Both the position numbers and the translations under genes were made by a program. Below the pieces are notes generated by a model, which saw only the letters and a list, made by a program, of their open reading frames with translations, made no database searches and was not told where the DNA came from. 64,000 bases of DNA from the human T2T-CHM13v2.0 reference genome, Homo sapiens, in assembly GCA_009914755.4 (NCBI GenBank), contig CP068257.2, forward strand, positions 22,752,001-22,816,000. The letters run 5' to 3'. Below, in pieces: positions 41,599-53,435 of this stretch; position 1 is the stretch's first letter; each line of letters opens with the position of its first letter.

Positions 41599-42350
41599 AT
41601 ATTATAAAGGCTTGGTATTCATATTATATGCAAATTTACAATATAAAATCTAAGAAAAAATCCTCTATCAGTTTGTAAGTTTCCTCTTTCTCTTATAACA
41701 GGTTGCCACAAATGTAATAACTTTAAAGAACACAGATTTATTATTTCTCAGTTCTGTAGGCCAAACATCCAAGCTGGCTCAGCTGGTTTCTTTGTTTTCA
41801 GTTTCACAAGGGCAAAATCAAGCTGTTGGCTGGCTTGGCTCTTTGTCAGGAGACTCTTGGAAGAACTGGCTCTTATGCCCATTCAAGTTGTTGCTCAAAT
41901 CCGGTGCCCAGTGGTTGTAAAACTGCAGTCCCTGTTTCCTTAATGGCCAGCAGTCAATCTAGCCTACAGAGGCCTCCTACCTCCTCACACTTCAAGACTC
42001 TCTCACCTTCCTTTCTTCCTCTTGTGTTCTGACTTCATCTTCTGACATATCTCTCAGCCCCTAACCAAAGAAAAATTATCTGTCTTTATGGCTTCTGTGA
42101 TTATGTTGAACACATCTGAATAATTAAGAGTAATGTCGTTATTTTAAGGGGAGCTGATTCACTTTAGTTACATCTGCAAAGTCCCCTGACAGCAGTACTG
42201 AGATTTGTGTTTGGATTAATTCCCTGAAAATGGGAATCTTTAGAACTCTGCTTACCATAATCAGTAACACTAACTTGAACTACAACCACACAATTTATTT
42301 ATTTATAGTCACCCTAATCTTTCATAACAAAAACGTACAAATAATTCTAT

Positions 42351-42478
42351 GGTTAGGCACAATGGTTCATGCCTGTAACTCCAGCACTTTGGGAGGCCGA
42401 TGCTGGAGGATTGCTTGAGCCTAGAAGTTCGTGATCAGCCTGGACAACAATACGAGACCTCACCCCTTAAAAAAAATG
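42351..42478 (+). mobile_element. FLAM / free Alu monomer
   Basis: ggttaggcacaatggttcatgcctgtaactccagcactttgggaggccgatgctggaggattgcttgagcctagaagttcgtgatcagcctggacaacaatacgagacctcaccccttaaaaaaaatgaaaaaat. Only left-monomer homology is present, followed by an A-rich tail. Confidence 0.75.
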
Positions 42479-44391
42479 AAAAAATACACACAGATGTTTT
42501 AAAACAAATACAGAAGCTTAAAGTCATTCATGTAAATACATAGATTTAAGAAGTAAATTTAAACTTTAAAGTGATAGTCCTTATTGAGATATATATTATT
42601 ATGAAACTTGCGGATGAGTACATAATCATAATATATGAGCGATTAGCAGGAGGCAAAAAAAATCCTCTGTAGTAATATATAACAGAATTTGGGATATAAT
42701 GGAAAGTCCCCTTTAATACTTATACTTTAAAGTATCAGCATCTAAAAGATAAATTGACAGACAAAGATGAGACAGAAAGGAAGATACCAGTAAAAATACC
42801 CAAGAATGGATCATTGAGAATCCAAGCAGAAAGGATGTTACAGTAAATAGCACGCTTGAAAAATAAAAAGTTGAGTTAACTGTTGTATTGTTACTACACT
42901 TTTCCCTTGGGTAAGGGTAGTATTATTAAGGTATTTATTTACATACCCTATGATGATATTTTAAGAACAAAGTTAAAGTCCATAATAGAGAGGACTTTAT
43001 TTACAAGACTCACTTTTGCAATTGGTTAAATTCTTTCATATATAATGTTAAGAGGTAAAAGAAGAAAATGGTCCAAATAATTGAAATAAAACAATTTGTA
43101 TGCATCCACTAGCAAAAAAGGCAAAACAAAGCAACAACAACAACAATAAAAAACTGTTTAAAGTTTCAGTCAGCTATAATTATGTTTTACACTCATCAAA
43201 TTAATGGGGTAATTGTTCCACCTATATATTTAAAAGTGTACATTTGCAGATAATGATTTATTGACTTTTTGGATATATGTAATTATAAGTAGTTAATGCT
43301 GGGATTGAGTGAGGTGTCCAAGAGGCTTATTAGGGGTTAATACCTGTGAAAGATAAAAATGAGGACAAATTGGAGTTGGAGAAAGAAATTCTTCGACTGC
43401 AATGCGTATATGATACATGTAAGAAAAGGAAGAAAAGCAGAAAACAGACTCTGTCCCCCTCCCCACCTCCCCCCCCAAAAAAAAGAACGTGTTCTTAGTG
43501 GAAATGCCATTAACCAATGCCTCAGCATAGCAAGATTGACAGAATTAAAATATTTTTGTCAAAAGTGGAATTCCTTTAATGGGTATTTTCTTCTCTTAAC
43601 CTCTTTGGAGACCTGGCAAAACCTCTCAGAGCTGCCCTGCTCTTCTTACTCCAATCTTTCTTCCTTTTCTCTCTCCCTTCACAGGTGTCAGACTTACATC
43701 AGAGCCTGAGACTTGACATGCCTATTTTTGCACTCGCTCATTTTTCAAATTTCATAGGCATTGCTCCCTCCAAATCACCGCTCTTCTAATTTTATCCTGG
43801 AGTGTGCATCCCAGAAGACATAAGCTGACACAATTGGGAACTGAAGTTGCTTGAAAAAGCTGGTGGTAAGATTAGGTAAAATAATTGTGTTACCACCTTC
43901 TGAATGGCAATCAATATTGCATCCTAAGTAGCATGTTTGGTTGGGTGCAGATAGTTTTTGAAACTAGGTGGTGACCCAACTTACAAATATGTCACCAGTG
44001 GTGACCTAGGAAAACAGTCTGATATAAGGGAAAGCTCTTCTCAGTGAGGTGATTTAGACATTTGAAAGGGCAAGGGCAATGAATGGGGTATGCATGTTAG
44101 GATAATGAAATTAACTTCTAAAGCCTAAGGTGTATTGAGATACCACAAAGAAATGATAAAAAAAAAAAAAACTGGTGCCATTGCACAAATAATATTTAAC
44201 AGTGAAAGTTGGCCTCTTATACAGCTTATAAGGAGTGTAAGAAAGGATACAGCTGAGATGCGAGTACAGGTCTTAGTAGAGTCACAGAGCTCCAAATATG
44301 TTGAAATGATTAGCTAAATTAGATCTGTCATGCTGTAATCAGGTCCTAATTGAGAAAATCTGAAACTCTAAAATATGGCATGCTATATCTA

Positions 44392-44724
<333 letters not shown>

Positions 44725-44796
44725 TTGTTTATATTTAATATGTGCAACATGTTTTTGGCCCACCCTTCTTAAGTAAGAGTTTACGTTTCTACCATG

Positions 44797-45175
44797 TTGC
44801 ATTAGTCTGTTTTCACACTGCTATAAAGATACTACCTAAGACTGGGTAATTTATAATCAAAAGAGGTTTATTTTTCTCAAAGTTCTGCAAGGGGAGGCCT
44901 CAGGAAACTTACAATCATGGTGGAAGGCAAAGGGGAGGCAGACACCATCTTCATACAGTATCAGGAGAGAGACAGAGATAGAGAACTCAGGGGAAACTGC
45001 CATTTTTAAACCATCAGACCTTGTGAGAACTCCCTCACTATCACGAGAAGAGCATGGGGAAACCTCCCCCATGATCCAATCACCTCCCACGAGGTTCTTC
45101 TGTAGACACGTGGGGATTACAATTCCAAATGAAATTTGGGTGCGGACACAGAGCCAAACCATATCACATGTGAAA
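44797..45175 (-). mobile_element. Solo MaLR LTR (MST/THE1-like), minus strand
   Basis: Reverse complement of the LTR: gcattagtctgttttcacactgctataaagatactacctaagactgggtaatttataatcaaaagaggtttatttttctcaaagttctgcaaggggaggcctcaggaaacttacaatcatggtggaaggcaaagggg...ccatcagaccttgtgagaactccctcactatcacgagaagagcatggggaaacctcccccatgatccaatcacctcccacgaggttcttctgtagacacgtggggattacaattccaaatgaaatttgggtgcggacacagagccaaaccatatca. It sits immediately downstream of the Alu at 44435-44724. Confidence 0.8.
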
Positions 45176-46326
45176 AGACCCTTTACAATTCACTTCCTCA
45201 TAAGGCAATAGATGTTTCCTATAGGAATGTGGCCTACCTTGTGTCCTAGATGTTAACCAATAATTACCATTAATTTCCAGTATAAGCCATCTGGCAATAT
45301 GCTGGGCCTCAAAGAGAAATATGACTAAAGTATATTTTGAGACTTCTTCATCAAGGGACCTAGAATGTAAAATGGATAAGTAATAAATCACTAACTAGAG
45401 GCCCTTTATGAAACACAAGATTTAACATTTGGTTTAGAACCTTAGGGTGTAGGGCAAATTCACTCCACAGTTAAGTAGAAGCCTAGAAAATGTAATCGTC
45501 TATGCTACATGAAGTTTAAATATATGTTTCTATGCCAGATGGTAGAGGAAGGAATTTTTAAAAAGCTCAGAAAAGTAGCTGTGATAAAATGAGGTTGTGT
45601 GAGGCCATGAAACTTACCAGATGATTGTCATATATGAGAGGTCCCAGAAGACCCACTATTCACTAAGATCATCAGAAATATGCTGTTAATTAGGGCACCA
45701 ACATCATAAAAGATTAGCTATCTTTTGCAGATCAGGACTGATGGTAGAAGAGGTAGTCACAGGGTTTAGTTTGTTAATAGTGATGGAGAATATGACATCC
45801 TGGATCAACAGAGACCAGATGGTGGCACATAACCACAGAATTCATAAGAATTGGCAAAGTCAGAAAGTCAGACACTGGGAGTTGTAGTGACAGTGGAAGC
45901 TGTCTTCTTTAGAAGTAAAAAATAAGGTTCTATTTAATATCTACACTCAGAAGAGGGTAAGAGGGTGATGAGAGTCATCCCAATAAAAATCGTGGTTCTT
46001 TGCTCTATTCCTGGACCAGTTACAATTTGGATACCCAAAGTCTCATTGTGGATCCCCTTTTTCAGTCTGGAATTACAGGGACCATATAATAAATGAGGTC
46101 CAGTAGGTGCGCTGCTGGGATTGATGTTCTTAGCAGTTGGAGTAACCAATAGTAAGAGCTATAGCAGCAGGAAGGACTGGGAATATATTAGCATCTTAAT
46201 GGGGATGACAGGGCCTGTAAGTACAAGTACTGGAACTTCAAGGACAAGGAGTACTGTGTTAGAGGAATATGGAGGCAGCATATATAACAAAGTGGACAAC
46301 AGATTGTCCATATGCTGACAGTATTT

Positions 46327-46442
46327 GGTTTGTTTGTTTGTTTGTTTTGAGACTGAGTCCCACTCTGTCAGCCAGACTGGAGTGCAGTGGCTCACTGCAA
46401 CCTCCGCCTCCCAGGTTCAAGCGATTCTCCTGCCTCAGTCTC
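46327..46442 (-). mobile_element. Alu 3' fragment (right-arm end with (GTTT)n tail), minus strand
   Basis: gtttgtttgtttgtttgttttgagactgagtcccactctgtcagccagactggagtgcagtggctcactgcaacctccgcctcccaggttcaagcgattctcctgcctcagtctc, with no left arm. Confidence 0.8.
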
Positions 46443-48184
46443 TGACTGTATTTGTTTTTGGACACCCCAGGACACACCAATATAAACGGAGTCATAACAG
46501 TGGCAGAGATGGGGTTAAGCATGGTTCCAAGTACAGAGACTTTTATACTTTCCAAGACCAATTTATTTACTAATGTTTACAATCCTTGCATATTTAACAG
46601 GGATCAGCATCATATATCACTATTTCTCAAAGATTATCTGGTCTCTTGATGGCAAATCTACAATATTGAAACCTTTGAAAGAGAAATTGTGTTTTGTGAG
46701 TTACATGACTACCGTTTGCATCCAAGGTCTCCTCTGTAGTCAAGAGAAGAATGCAGAAACTACATGTCCAAGAATCTCTTTCCAGGTTAGAGTTTACCAG
46801 TGGGATTAAATCATGTGAATATTGGAAGGAAGAGAAAAACAAATTCCGATATTCTCAGGCAAGCATTGTGACCAGAGGTAGAAACTCATGGCAGCCAGAT
46901 GAGGTGGCTGCATAGACTTCTTTGCAAACTCTCATTTCATGGTTGTATTGTCAAGAGTTCTGCATCTCAAACCTTTTTACAGAGGATACACAGCTCAATT
47001 AAAAATTTTAAGGGATAGTATACTGAACACATTTTCCAATAAAACTTATTTTATTTTAGCTTGAATTTCTCCACATATAAAATTTATAGAAAATGGATAT
47101 ATTCTATTGATGATTATAATTTAACCTTTAGATGAATTATTTGTTAACATCTTGCATCTTGATACAAACATTATTCTTCATATAATCACTTTATTTTTGT
47201 GTTTAACTGAGGCCCTGTTGTTACAGACTCTAGACAGCTTATACGTATTTGGACAAGGCAACGTGATGAAGAAATAATATAATTGTAGGATCACCTCTGT
47301 CCAGTAGCTGTTATCCAACATCTGCATACTTAGATTTCTGGAGAGGTAGGTAAACTACTGTATTAGAAAACACTAGAAGTGCATGATTGTATTTTTCATG
47401 TCCAAAGTCTAACACATTAAAAGAGAAAAGGATTCGAAAATTATCTACTTTGAAAGTTTTAAACAAAAGTGAATTTTCTTGGTTAAATATCCTATTTAAT
47501 TGCCTTTCTAAAAATAGCCTAAATGTCCATTGTTTGATATATGTGGTGAGATATTTTTTAAAGTACTTAATTATAATGTTTTATTTGATGAGACTAGCTA
47601 TTTGGTATTTTTTTAAATGGAAAGGGGGCAAACATACTTAATAAAATGCAAAAATAGTACTGGAAAAATATTTTAAATGATTGCTAAGTATTTTAGTGAA
47701 TACCTAATTGCATTAATTTGCTGAGACTGCCATAACAAAATAAGACACATTAAATGGCTTGAACAACATAAATTATTTTCACACAATTCTGGAGGCCAGA
47801 AGTTTAAGAACATGGTGTCTGCAGGTTTGACTCCTCCTGAGGCTTTTCCACTCTGCTTGCAGTTGTGTGCTTTCTCACTGTATCCTCACACTGTCTCCCT
47901 CTGTCTGTGTGTTCTACAATCTAATCTCCTCTTCTTACAAGGATACCAGTCATATTAAATTAAATCTGCACCCTAACGACCTAATTTAATTTAATTAGCT
48001 CCTTAAATATTTTATCTCCAAATACAGTTACATTCTGAAGTACTACAGATTAGGACTTCAACATATTAATTCTGGGGGGAGGGACACAATTCAACTCATA
48101 GCACTTGTGTTGTTCATCTCATAGAAATATAACTTTCTATGGGTCTTTCACAACAATGAATGTTAGATGAATGCTATGGTTTGA

Positions 48185-48533
<349 letters not shown>

Positions 48534-48559
48534 AATACAATGATATTAAGAGGTTGATG

Positions 48560-48690
48560 CTTGTATACATGTGTAACTAGCCTGCACATTGTGGACATGT
48601 ACCCTAAAACTTAAAGTATAATAATAATAAAATAAATAAATAAATAAATAAATAAAAATAAAATAAATAAAAAATAAAGAGGTGATGCTT
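48560..48690 (+). mobile_element. About 130-bp L1 (L1PA-type) extreme 3' terminus with (AAAT)n-type tail
   Basis: gatgcttgtatacatgtgtaactagcctgcacattgtggacatgtaccctaaaacttaaagtataataataataaaataaataaataaataaataaataaaaataaaataaataaaaaataaa, versus the L1PA 3' end ...catgtatacatatgtaactaacctgcacaatgtgcacatgtaccctaaaacttagagtataataaaaaataaaataaat. Confidence 0.75.
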
Positions 48691-49015
48691 TAAAGAGGTG
48701 ATTAGGTCATGAGGACTTCTTCCCTCATTAGTTGGACTAAGGTCCTTATACAAGAGGCTTCACACACCATTTGGTTCTAGCTGTGCTTCTGCCTCCCACC
48801 ATGTGAGGACACAGCATTTCCCCCTCTGGAGGATTTAGCAACAAGCAACCATCTTGGAAGCAGAGAGCAACCATTTCCTAGACAACCAAACCTGCTAGAG
48901 CCTGGATCCTGAACTTCTCAGCCTTCAAAATTATGAGAAATACTTTTCTGATTATTATTAGCTACCCAGTTTCAAGTATTTTGTTATAGAAGCACAAAAT
49001 GGACCAAGATGATGA
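48683..49015 (+). mobile_element. MaLR LTR fragment (MLT-type 3' portion)
   Basis: ggtgattaggtcatgaggacttcttccctcattagttggactaaggtccttatacaagaggcttcacacaccatttggttctagctgtgcttctgcctcccaccatgtgaggacacagcatttccccctctggaggatttagcaacaagcaaccatcttggaagcagagagcaaccatttcctagacaaccaaacctgctagagcctggatcctgaacttctcagccttcaaaattatgagaaatacttttctgattattattagctacccagtttcaagtattttgttatagaagcacaaaatggaccaagat. It is colinear with the conserved MLT/MST 3' region (...ccaccatgtgaggacacagcaag...cagcctccagaactgtgagaaataaatttctgttgtttaagccacccagtctatggtattttgttatagcagcc...actaagaca). Confidence 0.55.
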
Positions 49016-51820
49016 ATTTCTGAGACTGCTGACACCATCATAGGAGCAACATGTTTATTGTGTAATCTCTTGAGACTTATCTCAAGTTAGAAAGAAGGAG
49101 GAATAGATTCTACTGCCCACAGACAAAGATTCTTTGAACTTTGGATTTTGATGGATCTAAGCACAATATTTAATTGTGAGTACATGTTATTAAACTGAAG
49201 AACAAAAGAAAGTTATATGTATTTATAGATGTTTGTGGAGAAAGATGAAAAAATATTGACAATACTCGACCTGTACAATGCAGAGTTGATGAAATTCAGA
49301 AAGTATGATTGCAGGAAAACAAAGCTAGTTGGCTTCCAACTGGTAAAAGTTCACACTATGAAGAATTAACTCCCTCACACTTCCTGTCTGTATAGCCCTA
49401 TGCCTTCACAAGAACAAGTTCCCACACCAGGGTCAAGAAGGAAACCGTAAGTCAAGACAAAAGTGCCCAGTGAAGGCAGAAGATGAGGGGTCTCAGGTTG
49501 CATCTTCGGAGGCACGAGGATTCAAAGGTGAACAAAGCACACAGTACATCATTTGATGTGGTAAGTTTCATGGACATAGAAGTAAGGGGGATGAAATGTC
49601 GAGGTGTGTGTGGCGGGGGAGGAGGGGAATTCAAATGATATTCTGATCATTAAATAAACTTGAAACAAACTTGGAAAGGTGAAGTAAAACAGCAGCCATT
49701 TTCCTGACACTCAAGGATTGCTTCTGCAGGTGGAGAAAACGACAGCTTCAGATATTCTATGATGTACAGATGCCATTTATCAAATTCTTTGATTTCAAGT
49801 AATAATGGTGTTGGTGCAGCCAGAGTTGCAAAAGAGGACTGTTGATTCCAACACAGTCTCAAAGATGGTTGAATTATGTGCTTCTACTAATGTGTCTGTT
49901 ATTCTGGAGCCCATATTTGGAAACCCAGTCTAAAAAATGCATCTTAATCCCTATCTATGATTTTGAAACCATTTAATTATTTACTTCTCCATATGTCTGA
50001 AGGCAGTACTACACATTGGAAGTTTGAGGAAATAGGATACTTAAATATTTATTTAAGATAATTGAAGAGTAATTAGTCCAGGGAAAGATTATAGGATTCC
50101 CTAGAGGTATAGGGCCTACTGGAGGTGATCAAATTAAAATGAAGTCATTCATAATGATTTTTTTTCACTAGTCCTCTCATGCCTGCATGATGAGAAGATA
50201 TGAACAAGTAAATAATTGGACTTAACCTGTGCTTTTCCTACTTGCATAAAATGAGGATGTTAATGGGAATTGTGGATATGTGAAAGATGAAGATTATGAT
50301 GATAGGCCACAGAATTTAAGTTTAGTAAAATGGAAAGTGAGAGCATTTGGTGGTTAGAGAGTAAAAAGGTAGTAGAAACCATGGTTTGGACAAGGCAATT
50401 AAATAGGAGTGAAGTAGAGCAAATAAAAGGAAACACTATTAAGGCAGAAGGTTGATACTATAGAATTCTGAGATAATAATAAACTATTGTTTGGAAATAA
50501 AATTTGTTTATATTTATACTTGCTTATTTTACCATCTCATTTTTTGGTTAAAGTTACAAGAAGTAGAGTTATGTCCTAGTTTTCTGTAACCAGTGACAAT
50601 AGTAAAAACAAGAATTAATTGACCACATACTATTTTTGAGACTATTTTATGTGATTTTATTGATTAAATAATTGATATTTCAAACAACTCTGTGAAAAAG
50701 GAAATATCACTAAGCCTATTACATAGACAAAAAAGAAGAGCAGAGAAGCAAAGCATCACAGGGCTGGTAAATTGCAGAGCTGAGATTAGAACGAAGTAGT
50801 TTGACTTTAGAGCCTGCGTGCTTACCTGGACTTTTTCACTTTCTTGACCAGAATTTAGATCTGATTTCTAGCTATCTTTCTTTTTTCCCACATAGCCATT
50901 TTATCTGACTGAAAGATTATAGAAATATGTGCACAACTGGACTGAATACTTGATTGTATAGTTAACTCATAGTGATGCCAGCCTCTAAAATGGCTTACAT
51001 GATGAAATGAAGAAGTATCTCTGCTATAAAGGCTTTGGAGTAATGTATTTGTGACCATATTTGTTCATGTTTGTAACAACATCAGACTAAAATGGAGAGT
51101 TCTGATCGGCTGCACAATAACCACTGTGCAAACATTCAGCACAGTCATCAAAATATCAAAAACAGAAAAAAAAAAATCCAGGTAATGTAAGGCTATAATC
51201 ATTTCAGAATATTTATTAAATTTAAATTCATTGTAAATAATTCTGAATCTCATACCTCATTATCACAGACTTAATCTAGATAATAAATATAAAAATTACA
51301 TTAAAAATTCTGTAAACTATAAAAAAATTAAAAAGGATTTGATACAGACTTGAGTTTTGGTTTGTTTATAATCTTGACTGTTGCTATATTGACCCTTAAT
51401 TTCAACAGTCACTGAAAATCATAAGGTAAAATTACTTCCCAGTTTTTTTTTAAGTTTCTTAATTAGAATTTGCTTTCTGAGAACACTCAAAACAGCTTTA
51501 TGTGCCATGCAAAGTAATTAGGGGAATTCTTATTACTCTTGCAACTAGGAGATGGAAGCATCAAAAAATTAATTGAATAATAAATATCACCATAGGGAAA
51601 CAACATTATTTGAATATCACCATCCTTCTGGCTTGAATCCCAGAATGAAGGAAACTGATGGATTTTCAGAAAGGTAGGAAACAATGTACAGGTTTTGTTT
51701 TCAATAATTTTTTATTCAATTCTGTACATGAAGCAAATATTTTACTTCTAAAATATCGGTCATCGTTTTTCCATTATCTGAAATTCTATAGGAAACTCCA
51801 AGAATGCAAAAGTGGTCATA

Positions 51821-51850
51821 TGTGTGTTTGTGTTTGTGTGTGTTTGTCCA
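51821..51850 (+). repeat. GT-rich microsatellite
   Basis: atgtgtgtttgtgtttgtgtgtgtttgtcc. Confidence 0.7.
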
Positions 51851-52350
51851 TATATTCATTTTCTCAAATGTACTATATAAGAGCCTCATTAATACTGAAG
51901 ACTGCAAAATAAATCATAAAAATATTTCAGCACTGGTTCCAATTCAGGCAGAATAAGTGGAACATACATCTGCTGCATGTTTTATTTTATTATTTAAAAT
52001 ATCCAACAATAAAATGGAAGATGAAATGGTTTGCTCATTTAATTTCCAGATATCACCTCATTTTGAAGAGATAAATGTGGTATCACCTGGAGATTGTTAC
52101 AAAATATTTCAAATGGAAAGGCAAGTGTAAAACCCAGAATAACATTGTGAAGCCAATATTGATCAATAGGTGGAGCATATTACCGGAAACAGGAAATTGT
52201 TACGTTGAATGATTTCTCCATTTAGGTGCTACAGGGGCATGAGAGGCCATTGGAATTCTACCTTATGGGTCTCTTCCCCACTGCTAACTATGTAAACTTG
52301 TGTTCTTGCACCTCTGAGGTGTGATCTGATATCATTTCTACAATCCTCCA

Positions 52351-52729
52351 TGTATTAGTCTGTGTTCACACTGCTTTAAATACCCGGGACTTGGTAATTT
52401 ATAAAGGAAAGAGGTTTAATTAAGTCACCATTTGGCATGACTGAGGAAGCCTCAGGAAACTTACAATTATGGTGGAACAGGAAGCAGACACTTTCTTCAC
52501 AAGTTGGCGAGAAAAAGAATAGCAAAGGAGAAACTTTCAAACACATAAAAACCCATCAGATCTGATGAGAACTCACTCATTTTCACAAGAACCGCATGGG
52601 GGAAGCTGCCCCCATAATCCATTACCACCTCCCTTCCACAACACCTGGGAATTGCAGGTCCCTCCCTTGATACATGGGGATTAAATTCAAGATGAGATTT
52701 GGGTTGGAACACAGAGCCAAACCATATCA
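52351..52729 (-). mobile_element. MaLR LTR (MST/THE1 family), minus strand; 3' LTR of a deleted element
   Basis: tgtattagtctgtgttcacactgctttaaatacccgggacttggtaatttataaaggaaagaggtttaatt...gaggaagcctcaggaaacttacaattatggtggaacaggaagcagacac...cccatcagatctgatgagaactcactcattttcacaagaaccgcatgggggaagctgcccccataatccattaccacctcccttccacaacacctgggaattgcagg...aaattcaagatgagatttgggttggaacacagagccaaaccatatca. Confidence 0.8.
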
Positions 52730-53094
52730 TTCTGCCCCTTGCCCCTAGCAAATCTCATGTCTTTTCACATTTCAAAACCAATCATCCCTTCCCAACAGTC
52801 CCCCAGTCTTAACTCATTCCAGCATTAACTCAAAAGTCCACAGTCTGAAGTCTCATCTGAGACAAGGCAAGTGCCTTCCACCTATGAGCCTGTAAAATCA
52901 AAATCAAGTTAATAACTTTTATACCATGGGGATTTAGGCATTGCATAAATGCTCCCATTCCAAATGGGAGAAATAGGCCAAAACAAAGGGGCTACAGACC
53001 CCATGCAAGTCCAAAATCCAGTGGGACAGTCATTAAATCTTAAAGCTCCAAAATGATCTCCTTTGACTCCATATCTCACATCCATGGAACGAGA
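52730..53094 (-). mobile_element. MaLR internal-region fragment (only the about 350 bp adjacent to the 3' LTR)
   Basis: ttctgccccttgcccctagcaaatctcatgtcttttcacatttcaaaaccaatcatcccttcccaacagtcccccagtcttaactcattccagcattaactcaaaagtccacagtctgaagtctcatctgagacaaggcaagtgccttccacctatgagcctgtaaaatcaaaatcaagtt...ccaaatgggagaaataggccaaaacaaaggggctacagaccccatgcaagtccaaaatccagtgggacagtcattaaatcttaaagctccaaaatgatctcctttgactcc. This is the same segment as 23736-24110 of the full-length copy. Confidence 0.75.
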
Positions 53095-53435
53095 GTGAGC
53101 AATGTATTAAAGAAACAGGTTTAATTGACTCACAGTTCATCATGGCTGGGGAGGCCACAGGAAACTTACAATTATGGTGGAAGGGGAAGCAGGCAACTTC
53201 TTCACAACTGGGCAGGAAAGAGAAGACTGGAGGAGAAACTTCCAAACACTTATAAATTCATTAGATCTCATGATAACTCACTCACTATCATGAGAACACC
53301 ATGGAGAAAACCATCCCCAGGATCCAATCACCTCCCTCCCTTGATACTTGGAGATTACAGGTCTCTCCCTTGACATGTGGGAAATACAATTCCAGATAAA
53401 ACTCGAGTGGGGACACAGAATCAAACCATGTCACT
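53095..53435 (-). mobile_element. MaLR LTR (MST/THE1 family), minus strand; 5' LTR or independent solo LTR abutting the internal fragment
   Basis: caatgtattaaagaaacaggtttaattgactcacagttcatcatggctggggaggccacaggaaacttacaattatggtggaaggggaagcaggcaacttcttcacaactgggcaggaaagagaag...cattagatctcatgataactcactcactatcatgagaacaccatggagaaaaccatccccaggatccaatcacctccctcccttgatacttggagattacaggtctctcccttgacatgtgggaaatacaattccagataaaactcgagtggggacacagaatcaaaccatgtca. The first about 60 bp of the LTR (tgtattagtc...gggtaatttata) is missing. Confidence 0.75.
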
